Source: Candidatus Hydrogenedentales bacterium
GTDB lineage: Bacteria > Hydrogenedentota > Hydrogenedentia > Hydrogenedentales > JAEUWI01
DNA length: 46,522 bases
NCBI GenBank assembly: GCA_044359155.1
Contig: JBIKMR010000001.1
Span: 1-46,522 of the forward strand
Direction: 5' to 3'
In this document: positions 8,645 to 16,455 of the stretch, piece by piece
How positions within the stretch are numbered: the first letter of the stretch is position 1
Layout of the letters: every line of letters starts with the position of its first letter
Notes under the pieces: model-generated
Seen by the model: the letters and a program-made list of their open reading frames with translations, nothing else
Databases searched by the model: none
Told to the model about the DNA's origin: nothing
Made by a program: the position numbers and the translations under genes

Positions 8645-9982
8645 GTGATAGTTTCGGAAGGGTTGACGCCGCTCGATTTGCTGCCCAAGCTGGATCGCTT
8701 CTTTGTATTGGCAGGCCCGAAGATTCGCGGCCTTGCCGAGGCATGGGACCCATCGCGCGGCGCGCCGGTGTTCACCGTGCAGGGGCAATACACCACGCGC
8801 GGCTGGACCGAATGGACGCAGGGCTTTCAATACGGCTGCCAGATTCTCCAGTTCGACGCGACGGGCGAGGAGGATTTCTGGCGACTGGGGCGGGACAACA
8901 CCCTGCGCCACATGGCCCCGCACATCAGCCACGTGGGGGTGCATGATCACGGCTTCAACAACCTGAGCACCTATGGCAACTTGCGGCGGCTCGCGCTCGA
9001 AGGGCGCACTGCGGAAAGCGCGGATGCGCTCGAGCTTTACGCACTCGCCATCAAGTTGAGCGGCGCGGTGCAGGCGGCACGCTGGACGAAGCTGCACGAT
9101 GGCACGGGCTTCATCCATTCCTTCAACGGGCCGCATTCGCTCTTCAGCGACACCATCCGCAGTTGCCGCATCCTGATGGCGGCCCACGCGCTGGGCCATG
9201 TGCTGATGGGGGAGAACGATGCACGCATCTCGCTGTTGCAGCGGGCCGCCGAACACCTGACCAACACCGCGCGGTACAATGTGTGGTATGGCGAAGGGCG
9301 CGACGCCTATGACGTGCGCGGGCGCGTGGCGCATGAGGGCGTGTTCAATGTCACGGATGGGCGCTACCGCTGCCCCAGCACGCAGCAGGGCTACTCGCCC
9401 TTCAGCACGTGGACACGAGGCTTGGCGTGGGTGATGCTCGGGGCGGCGGAGCAGTTGGAAAGCATCGAACGGTTGGAGCTGACTGGCAGCGATATCGAGC
9501 AGGCGTTGCTGAAGATGGCGCAGGCCACCTGCGATTTCTACATCGAGCACAGCGCCGCCGACGGCGTGCCCTATTGGGACACCGGCGCGCCGGGCCTTGC
9601 ACACATGGGCGACTGGCGCAATGCTGCCGCGCAACCGGACAATGCTCACGAACCCGTAGACAGTTCTGCTGCGGCTATTGCCGTGCAGGCTTTCCTGCGG
9701 TTGGGAAAGGCCACGGGAGATAGTGGCTTTACGAATGCAGGCGTGACGATTCTCAACACGCTGCTGTCCGCACCGTATTTAAGCGAAGACCCTGCGCACC
9801 AAGGGCTGCTACTGCATTCGGTGTATCACCGCCCTAACGGCTGGGACCATGTGCCCGAGGGCAAGTCCGTGCCGCAGGGGGAATCGTCGATGTGGGGAGA
9901 TTACCACCTGATGGAAGCCACCCTGCTGGCGAAGCGGATGGCCAACGGGGGATACTTTGTGTATCTAGATTGTGCTGGTTGA
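8645..9982 (+). CDS. GH88-like (alpha/alpha)6-barrel hydrolase (unsaturated glucuronyl hydrolase-like)
   Basis: RGWTEWTQGFQYG, GVHDHGFNNLSTYGN and C-terminal ESSMWGDYHLMEATLL match the WTxGF / HDxGF / DYYxxEA pattern recalled for GH88/GH105. GTG start 5 nt after the preceding stop. No signal peptide seen. Confidence 0.6.
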   Translation: MIVSEGLTPLDLLPKLDRFFVLAGPKIRGLAEAWDPSRGAPVFTVQGQYTTRGWTEWTQGFQYGCQILQFDATGEEDFWRLGRDNTLRHMAPHISHVGVHDHGFNNLSTYGNLRRLALEGRTAESADALELYALAIKLSGAVQAARWTKLHDGTGFIHSFNGPHSLFSDTIRSCRILMAAHALGHVLMGENDARISLLQRAAEHLTNTARYNVWYGEGRDAYDVRGRVAHEGVFNVTDGRYRCPSTQQGYSPFSTWTRGLAWVMLGAAEQLESIERLELTGSDIEQALLKMAQATCDFYIEHSAADGVPYWDTGAPGLAHMGDWRNAAAQPDNAHEPVDSSAAAIAVQAFLRLGKATGDSGFTNAGVTILNTLLSAPYLSEDPAHQGLLLHSVYHRPNGWDHVPEGKSVPQGESSMWGDYHLMEATLLAKRMANGGYFVYLDCAG

Positions 9983-10003
9983 GAGGGCGGGGTATTTGGA
10001 AGT

Positions 10004-10299
10004 TTCGCGTGTCACCCCCTCACCCTAACCCTCTCCCCCTTCCAGGTGGAGAGGGGACCTGAGGTTGGTGCTTTGGGTGTTGGTTACATTCTTGGGTGGC
10101 TGGTGGGTTGTCATGATTTCCCCCATGACGTTAAGCGTGTCCACAGATTCTCTCAGGATATGCTATACATTCAACCAGTCCTCGGCTTTTGGCGTGCCTT
10201 CCAAACCAATACTCTGGAAGTAAAAACATAAGGAACTTCGTCTGGTCCCCTCTCCACCTGGAAGGGGGAGAGGGTTAGGGTGAGGGGGTGACACGCGAA
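10004..10299. repeat. Perfect 56-bp inverted repeat pair (10004-10059 and 10244-10299) bracketing a 184-bp A/T-richer core; MITE-like or cruciform element
   Basis: Left arm is ttcgcgtgtcaccccctcaccctaaccctctcccccttccaggtggagaggggacc. The right arm is its exact reverse complement, checked base by base. Each arm also holds an internal 8-bp hairpin (ccctctcc/ggagaggg). Confidence 0.85.
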
Positions 10300-10345
10300 T
10301 CGTTGAACACCACTTCCATTTCCCTCAAGTAAGAGGAACGATTCC

Positions 10346-10705
10346 ATGAAATATGTTGGGCTGGCGCGTGCCCTTCGCAAGTGGAACACTGATGCAGAAG
10401 CTGCGCTCTGGCGCAAGCTCCGAGCGCGACAGCTTTCTGGATTGAAGTTTAGGCGACAGCATCCTTTCAGGAATTACATTCTGGATTTTTATTGCGAGGA
10501 GTTGTTGTTAGTGGTTGAACTGGATGGAGACCAGCATGGCATGGCGGAGGGTGAGGCTAAGGATGCGAAGCGAACCGAGGACTTGAACCATTGTGGAATG
10601 ACTGTGTTGCGACATAGCAACGTGGACGTGCTGAAGAACTTGGATGGCGTGTTGATGGACATAGACGAAGCGCGCCAGAAATTGCAGCAAGCAGGGCAGG
10701 AATAG
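10346..10705 (+). CDS. DUF559 endonuclease-domain protein (Vsr/MutH-fold-like)
   Basis: LRKWNTDAEAALWRKLRARQLSGLKFRRQHPFRNYILDFYCEELLLVVELDGDQH...DAKRTEDLNHCGMTVLRHSNVDV is the typical DUF559 pattern. The gene is visibly less GC-rich than its flanks. Confidence 0.85.
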   Translation: MKYVGLARALRKWNTDAEAALWRKLRARQLSGLKFRRQHPFRNYILDFYCEELLLVVELDGDQHGMAEGEAKDAKRTEDLNHCGMTVLRHSNVDVLKNLDGVLMDIDEARQKLQQAGQE

Positions 10706-11856
10706 TGATGACCACGCATACCGTTGGGATAATCATGAACGGCGTCACGGGGCGGATGGGCGCGAACCAGCATTTGGTGCGCTCGATACTGGCCATTCGT
10801 GCGCAAGGGGGCATTCGCCTGGCGGATGGCAGCCGAATCCTGCCGGAGCCTATCCTGATGGGACGCAATGCGGCCAAACTTCAGGAACTGGCGGCGGTAC
10901 ATGGGGGGCTGCCCTGGAGCACGGACTTGGACAGCCTGCTGTCCGACCCCACCTACCCGGTGTACTTCGACGCGCAAACTACGCAGGCGCGATACGAAAG
11001 TACGAAGCGGGCGATAGCGGCAGAGAACCATGTGTACCTTGAGAAGCCCTGCGCGGAAACCCTGGCGCAGGCGATGGAGTTGTACAACCTGGCCGAGTCT
11101 GCCGGGGTGAAGCATGGCGTGGTGCAGGACAAACTGTGGCTGCCGGGATTGCAAAAGCTCAAGCATCTGATCGACACGGGATACTTCGGGCGCATCCTGT
11201 CGGTGCGGGGAGAGTTTGGCTACTGGGTGTTCACCGGCCACGACCAGACGGCCCAGCGTCCCTCGTGGAATTATCGCAAGGAAGACGGCGGCGGCATCAT
11301 CAGCGACATGCTGTGTCATTGGCGGTATGTCATTGATAACCTCTTCGGCGAGGTCAACGCGGTGTCTTGCCTTGGGGCTACGCACGTTCCCGAGCGCATA
11401 GACGAGGCGGGCAAGCCCTATACCTGCACGGCGGACGACGCAGCCTATGCCACGTTTGAAACGGCCACCGGGGTCATCTGCCATTTCAATTCCTCGTGGT
11501 GTGTGCGCGTGCGGCGCGATGACCTGGTCACGCTGCAAGTGGACGGTACGCAAGGCAGCGCGGTGGCGGGCCTGCGCGAGTGCTACACCCAGCATGGCGC
11601 AAACACGCCGCGCCCGGTGTGGAACCCAGACCTGCCCAGCCCGATAGACTTCCACGGTGGCTGGACCCCGGTGCCCAACAACCATGCGCACGACAACGCC
11701 TTCAAGGCGCAGTGGGAAAAATACCTGCGGCATGTGGTAAACGACGATCCCTTCCGCTGGAACCTGCTTGAAGGGGCGAAGGGCGTGCAGCTTGCCGAAC
11801 TGGGGCTGCAATCGTGGGACAAGCGGGCGTGGGTCAGCGTGCCGCCGCTGGTGTAA
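10705..11856 (+). CDS. Gfo/Idh/MocA family oxidoreductase
   Basis: N-terminal Rossmann VGIIMNGVTGRMG, the EKP motif (VYLEKPCAETL), and a C-terminal alpha/beta domain. The start is GTG at 10705 or ATG at 10708, abutting or overlapping the DUF559 stop at 10703-10705. Confidence 0.85.
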   Translation: MMTTHTVGIIMNGVTGRMGANQHLVRSILAIRAQGGIRLADGSRILPEPILMGRNAAKLQELAAVHGGLPWSTDLDSLLSDPTYPVYFDAQTTQARYESTKRAIAAENHVYLEKPCAETLAQAMELYNLAESAGVKHGVVQDKLWLPGLQKLKHLIDTGYFGRILSVRGEFGYWVFTGHDQTAQRPSWNYRKEDGGGIISDMLCHWRYVIDNLFGEVNAVSCLGATHVPERIDEAGKPYTCTADDAAYATFETATGVICHFNSSWCVRVRRDDLVTLQVDGTQGSAVAGLRECYTQHGANTPRPVWNPDLPSPIDFHGGWTPVPNNHAHDNAFKAQWEKYLRHVVNDDPFRWNLLEGAKGVQLAELGLQSWDKRAWVSVPPLV

Positions 11857-13897
11857 TTCCCCCTGCCACGGCGGCGAAGGTGATGGGGCCGGGTTGGTTG
11901 GTGGGGGTTACGTGGATGAGCGGGCGGTGCGCGGCGTTCGCGGGGTCGGCAAAGCTGGCGGCGGAAAGCGTGGCACCTTCTCCCACGCCGCCTGCGCCGA
12001 TGTTGATGGCGCGCTCGGCATTGCCCGCAAAATGCACCGCGCCGGTTTCGCGCAACATGCCCTCGGTCTGGGCGAGGCGTTGCTGGGCCTCGGCAAGCCC
12101 GGCACCCCAGCGCGGGGCAGACTGGGCGTAGTGTTCCAGTACTTTCTTCATGGGGGGCAACAGGCGCGAGCGCACTTGAGAACCCTCTTGCGCCTTGCGC
12201 AGGATTTGCAGGAGCGGCTCGACTTTCTTTTCGGAAAGCAGCGATTCCGACAATGTCGTGGCGAGTGGGGCACGCGCCTCGGATATCAGCTTGTCCAGCT
12301 CGGCAAGCTCGGCGTGCCACTCGGCATAGCGTTCACGCAGGGCCAAGTAGGGCGAGGCCAGTTCACCGCCCCCCGCGCCGGCGTCGCGCACCTGCTTTGC
12401 AAGGTTGCTCAACTGGCTCACGGCGGAGGTCAGCTTCTGCCTGCGCTGGGGGGCCAAGTCCGGGGGGATGCCCTCGGCCTCGCCTTTCAGAAAGCGCAAA
12501 CCGCGCTGGCACACGTCGAGCGGCGGGGCCAGCACGGTGAGGTCGGGCACTTCGGGCAGCTCAATGGCCCGCATGATGGCGAGCATCAGCTCTTCGGCCA
12601 TCTTGTGAGTAAGCCCGAGCAGGGCGCGAGCAAATTCGAGTTCACGCAGGGCCACAATGGCGGCTTCGCCCGCCGGACCCGCTTGCAGCAGGTAGAGCAT
12701 TTCGAGCACGGCGGCTTTGTAGTCTGCCTCGAAGAGGGTACGCAATGCGGTGATCATGCCCACGTCGTAGCGCGCACGCACGTACTCTTTCAGGGTCTGC
12801 TGTTGCTGTGTATCCAGTTCGCCGCCGAAGTCGAGGTTGCTGAGCACGGAGCGGAATTCGATGGTGGCGGGGCGGTTGCGGTCGGGGGCGATTCCTTCGA
12901 TGCGCGCGCCGTCGAGCAGCGAAACGCGGCTGCGGCTGAGCGTGCCGCCTATCTCGGCCTGCCCGCAGAGGGCGCGCGTTTCGATCACGTCTCCCGACAC
13001 GGTGAGCGTTCCTGCGCAATAGAGCAGGGTGGCGCGGTCCACCGCGTCGAGGCGCAAGGAACCCTTGGGCGCGAGCAGGCGTGAACCGGGCAACACGCGG
13101 CGCGCGGCGATGTTGCCGTCTAGCGACATCAACGCGCCGCCGGTTACATCGCCCTCGATGGTGATGCCGTTGTCAGCCAGGACAACGCCCGCCGATTGGC
13201 CGTCCAGCGTAAATGCACCGCGCCGCACCTCGAGGTAAATTTCCTTACCCAGGTCTCCGCTCAAGTGCAGGTCGCCCTCGTGCTCGTAGTAATAAAGGTT
13301 GATGTTCAGCGGCATTCCGCCAAGGTATTCCACCTTGCGCTTTTGCGCACCTTGCAGAAATTCCTCGGCAAGCACGGAGCGGCTTGCGGATTTGGCACCG
13401 GCGGTGGGCAGATCACTGGCCTGCGGGGCGGCGGTCGCCTTGGCGGCAGGCACCACACTTTCCGCGTAATAGGTGTAGTACGCGTCCAGCGTTTGCTCGA
13501 GAATTTGTTGCAGGCGCAGGTGGCTTTGGCTTGGTTCGCCCAGCGCCGTCAGGCCGCGCAGGGTGTTCTCCACCAGCCGCAGTTCGCTCTCGCTCACGTC
13601 TTGCGGGCGCCCCTGCCGGGCCTTCTCGATAGCATTGCGCAGGCTCCAGTTGGTACGGCGGCGCTGGGCTTCGGAGTCGGTTGCCTCACCAGAGAGGGGT
13701 ATGGCCAGCGCACGCTCGGCAACAATCTGCTGAAGCCGCACGCAGTGGGAGTAATCGTCGTCCGAGAGGCCCGGCTGTGCCAAGCGCGCTGCGGCGTGGT
13801 CGCGCAGTGCCGCGCTTTCTTCGTCGGTCAGGTGCTCGGGCAAAAAGGCAGGGACATCCGCCTTCGCCAATGCGCTGTGCAACACGTCTTCGGACAT
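11834..13897 (-). CDS. Large hypothetical protein with central beta-helix (FapA/DUF342- or bactofilin-like) and helical/coiled-coil regions
   Basis: 687 aa with realistic composition. The central segment is LHLSGDLGKEIYLEV...ITIEGDVTGGALMSLDGNIAARRVL...GSLRLDAV...GTLTVSGDVIETRALCGQAEIGGTLSRSRVSLLDGARIEG. It shows the short repeating strand pattern of DUF342/bactofilin beta-helices. Helical segments follow (AEWHAELAELDKLISEA). The family call is tentative. Confidence 0.55.
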   Translation of the reverse strand: MSEDVLHSALAKADVPAFLPEHLTDEESAALRDHAAARLAQPGLSDDDYSHCVRLQQIVAERALAIPLSGEATDSEAQRRRTNWSLRNAIEKARQGRPQDVSESELRLVENTLRGLTALGEPSQSHLRLQQILEQTLDAYYTYYAESVVPAAKATAAPQASDLPTAGAKSASRSVLAEEFLQGAQKRKVEYLGGMPLNINLYYYEHEGDLHLSGDLGKEIYLEVRRGAFTLDGQSAGVVLADNGITIEGDVTGGALMSLDGNIAARRVLPGSRLLAPKGSLRLDAVDRATLLYCAGTLTVSGDVIETRALCGQAEIGGTLSRSRVSLLDGARIEGIAPDRNRPATIEFRSVLSNLDFGGELDTQQQQTLKEYVRARYDVGMITALRTLFEADYKAAVLEMLYLLQAGPAGEAAIVALRELEFARALLGLTHKMAEELMLAIMRAIELPEVPDLTVLAPPLDVCQRGLRFLKGEAEGIPPDLAPQRRQKLTSAVSQLSNLAKQVRDAGAGGGELASPYLALRERYAEWHAELAELDKLISEARAPLATTLSESLLSEKKVEPLLQILRKAQEGSQVRSRLLPPMKKVLEHYAQSAPRWGAGLAEAQQRLAQTEGMLRETGAVHFAGNAERAINIGAGGVGEGATLSAASFADPANAAHRPLIHVTPTNQPGPITFAAVAGGITPAAAR

Positions 13898-13975
13898 GGT
13901 CCTCGGTCCGCTGGAAACGGTCTACCCCCGCCTGCCAGCAGCTTTCCCCCTGAACCCCAAAAATCTCTTGCCGTA

Positions 13976-14004
13976 ACTTTACGATATTTTAGCCTTTCTG
14001 ACAA
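13976..14004 (-). promoter_or_regulatory. Sigma70-like promoter candidate (TTGTCA-17 nt-TAAAGT on the minus strand) for the 687-aa gene
   Basis: The reverse complement of 13976-14004 reads ttgtca gaaaggctaaaatatcg taaagt. It lies in the A/T-richer gap 13898-14033, upstream of the ATG at 13897. Confidence 0.3.
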
Positions 14005-14033
14005 TAGCTAATTTCTGTGAGGTGGCATAGGCT

Positions 14034-15209
14034 TTAGAGAGGATTGAGCAGGCGATTAATTGCTGCGAACTCGGCGGTGCCTTGCACTTCTGGCGACAGC
14101 AGCTCTGCCAAGGGAACTTGGGCTTGTTGAAGCGCGGCTGCTGCGCCTTGTGCCAGGCGAGTGGGGGGGATGCCTTGGGAGAGAACGAGACGCATGGTTC
14201 CGATGAGGCGATCGTTCCAGCCGAGCTTGCGGGGGGTGTCTCGGGTTACGCGTTCTAGCGCGTCTTCGAGGTGCGGGTTCACCATGCGTTCGAGCAGGTC
14301 GTCCGCATAGGCGGTGAAGCCCTCGGGGGTGAAGAGCGGGTCCACGCCGTGGTGCTTCTTGATGAGTGCCGCGCCGCATTCTTCGATAAAGGCGGCGCGC
14401 AGCTGGGCCATCAGGTCGGGGTGGGCGGCGAGTTGGTCGAAGGTGTTGAGTCCCCGTTGCAGGCCGAGGTATCCGCCCATGGCGTGGATGGCGTTGTGGC
14501 CGTAGAGCTTGGCTTCCTCGAAGGGGAGCAGGTCGGGCTTTTCCTCGAATACCCTGATGGCGCGTTGGAAGTCGGTAGCGTTGAACCGCACTTGGGAAAC
14601 CAGAATGCGGTTGAAGGCCTCGACGAGAAAGGCGCGGGGCGCGCTGGGAGTGAGGGGTTGGATGCCACGTGCGTGGGCTGCATCGTCCATAGGTACAATG
14701 CCGCTCATCTTTCCAATGACGGTGTTGAGGAATTGCACGTTGGGCAGGGGGGAAGCCGCTGCCGCAAGCACCTGCGCTTCCAGTATCTCGGCGGCGTGAT
14801 TGTTGTTCTCGGCGGTGTAGACCACGGCGGGGTTGGGGTTGCGGGCCAAGCCTTCCGCCAGCAGGCGGTGTACGCTGCCAGGGCTGTCGCTCGTGTAGAA
14901 GTCCACGCTGGGCAGGGCAGTGGCCAGCTCACTTGCTACGGCTATCGCTTCGATGAGGGCAGCGCGGTCAGAGGGGTCGTTGGGATTGTAAATGTCTATC
15001 GGCCCCACCAGCGCAGGCTCGATGCCATCGGGGTGGGCGATGTTTACGGTGAAGCAATTGCCTGCCGTGCGCACGGTGGCGACGACTTCGGCATTCACTT
15101 CCGCAACCACCAGCCGGGAGAAGCGCCCCGTGCGGTGGGCCTCGTAAAGGAACAGGCCTGCTTGTATCGCGCCGAAACCGAAGCCTACGAATGTGCGCTC
15201 TTTACTCAT
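14034..15209 (-). CDS. Mannitol dehydrogenase family protein (MtlD-like polyol-phosphate dehydrogenase)
   Basis: The start was reset to MSKERTFVGFGFGAIQAGLF (Rossmann GxGxxG). The C-terminal helical domain LERVTRDTPRKLGWNDRLIG matches the RKL..NDRLI signature recalled for the mannitol dehydrogenase C-domain. Its ATG overlaps the upstream kinase stop (ATGA at 15206-15209). The 217-aa Arg-rich extension of the maximal ORF was rejected. Confidence 0.65.
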   Translation of the reverse strand: MSKERTFVGFGFGAIQAGLFLYEAHRTGRFSRLVVAEVNAEVVATVRTAGNCFTVNIAHPDGIEPALVGPIDIYNPNDPSDRAALIEAIAVASELATALPSVDFYTSDSPGSVHRLLAEGLARNPNPAVVYTAENNNHAAEILEAQVLAAAASPLPNVQFLNTVIGKMSGIVPMDDAAHARGIQPLTPSAPRAFLVEAFNRILVSQVRFNATDFQRAIRVFEEKPDLLPFEEAKLYGHNAIHAMGGYLGLQRGLNTFDQLAAHPDLMAQLRAAFIEECGAALIKKHHGVDPLFTPEGFTAYADDLLERMVNPHLEDALERVTRDTPRKLGWNDRLIGTMRLVLSQGIPPTRLAQGAAAALQQAQVPLAELLSPEVQGTAEFAAINRLLNPL

Positions 15210-16282
15210 AAAGGCAGAGCCGGGTGTTGCGGCCAGCCGCCGCTGATGCGCGCCTGAAGCTGTTCCCACGGGATGATGCCGCTGGTGGCGGCGGGCTGCT
15301 CCACACAACACGCGCCCGCGCCCACCGCGCCCAGCAGCACGTCGCGGGGCGACAAGCCGCGCAAAGCGCCTGCAATGAACCCGGCGATGGTGCAGTCTCC
15401 CGAGCCAGTGGCCCCGGCCTCTTGCACCTGAAAGCAGGGGGCGGTGAGTTCGACGTTGTGCCACTCGAGCGAGAACTGGGCGAGGCGTGCGGGGTCGGCG
15501 CTGGTGCGGAGGTAAAGCCCTTGTGAACCCAGCTTGAGCACGGCCATGCCCGCGCCGAGAGAGAGCAACTGGCCGGAGATAGCGCGTAACGTATCGGCGC
15601 TGATGGCTTCGCCCACAGGGCGGCGCAGCATGAAACTGATTTCGTCGAGGCTGGGCAGGAACACGTCCACCAGCGGCAGCACCTTCTCCAGCAGCAGCGG
15701 CCAGTTGGTCTGTGCTGCGTCCGAAGCGGGATCCACAAAGGCCATATCGAGCGAGGTGATGAGGCCGTTCTGCTTGGCTTGCGTGAAGACCTCGCGCAGC
15801 GCGTCGCCGTCTCCCGCGCGCATACCGCGCATCAGCGGGGGATAACCGAAGTGAAACCATCGCGCTCCCTGCAAGTGCGCGTCGTCCAGATCGACTGGGG
15901 CAAACGTATCGTTCGCGCCGGGGTGGTGCAGGAAGGCACGGTCCGCCCCTGGCAGGTTCATCACGACGGTGTAGGAACTGCTCTCGCCCGTGGCCACAAT
16001 CATGCCCTCGGCCAGCGCAGGGTCCATGCGGCGCAACACGTCGAGCAGCGCCGCTCCGAGGGGGTCCGCCCCCACTTTGCCCACGAGTCGCACCGGCGTG
16101 CCGAGCTTATGCAGGGCAAGGCCGGTGTTGGCTACCGCGCCACCGGTGGACACGGCGGCAGCGCCGACCACGGTGAGCTTGCCGGGTGTAAGCAGCGATT
16201 CCGCAGGTGTATTGCGCGGCAGCTCTGGTATCACGTCGAGGCATATATGCCCGGCGACTACGACATCAGCCGTGGATGCCAT
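15206..16282 (-). CDS. PfkB-family carbohydrate kinase
   Basis: VVVAGHICLDV, TGGAVANTGLALHKLG and the C-terminal PfkB signature ATGSGDCTIAGFIAG. First gene of a two-gene operon with the MtlD-like gene. Confidence 0.8.
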   Translation of the reverse strand: MASTADVVVAGHICLDVIPELPRNTPAESLLTPGKLTVVGAAAVSTGGAVANTGLALHKLGTPVRLVGKVGADPLGAALLDVLRRMDPALAEGMIVATGESSSYTVVMNLPGADRAFLHHPGANDTFAPVDLDDAHLQGARWFHFGYPPLMRGMRAGDGDALREVFTQAKQNGLITSLDMAFVDPASDAAQTNWPLLLEKVLPLVDVFLPSLDEISFMLRRPVGEAISADTLRAISGQLLSLGAGMAVLKLGSQGLYLRTSADPARLAQFSLEWHNVELTAPCFQVQEAGATGSGDCTIAGFIAGALRGLSPRDVLLGAVGAGACCVEQPAATSGIIPWEQLQARISGGWPQHPALPL

Positions 16283-16330
16283 GAAGGGTTCCTCCCGTTG
16301 AATGCGGAATGGTACAACATGGGGGCGGGG

Positions 16331-16370
16331 GAATTAAGAATTAGGAATTACGAATTATGAATTAGGGAAT
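16331..16370. repeat. Tandem heptamer repeat (GAATTAN)x5 plus a partial unit
   Basis: gaattaa gaattag gaattac gaattat gaattag ggaat. Six positions are invariant and the seventh reads A,G,C,T,G. It lies in the divergent intergenic region 16283-16455. Confidence 0.85.
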
Positions 16371-16455
16371 GGTCTGGCGATATTTTTATCGGGTGGCGTC
16401 TGTGGGTATGGTTAGGGTGTTCGTCTGGGGAAGCAACTATCGGAGAGGCGCGATC

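Noticed and set aside
10004-10299. Interpreting the 56-bp inverted repeat element as a bona fide invertible promoter switch.
   Set aside because: No site-specific recombinase or invertase gene lies nearby, and I could not pick out a convincing promoter in the core. It is kept only as one hypothesis under the finding.
14034-15860. N-terminally extended maximal ORFs: 14034..15860, 36614..37774, 36045..36764, 38446..39369, 6110..7501, 33864..34895, 41243..43621, 20640..21716.
   Set aside because: The extensions overlap the upstream gene out of frame or have Arg/Pro/His-rich, non-protein-like composition. Internal ATG, TTG or GTG starts give canonical N-termini (Rossmann loop, signal peptide, lipobox), often with ATGA- or TTGA-type coupling or an RBS.
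16331-16370. Possible CRISPR array or other spaced repeat.
   Set aside because: The units are contiguous 7-mers with no spacers, the array is only 40 bp long, and no cas genes are present.
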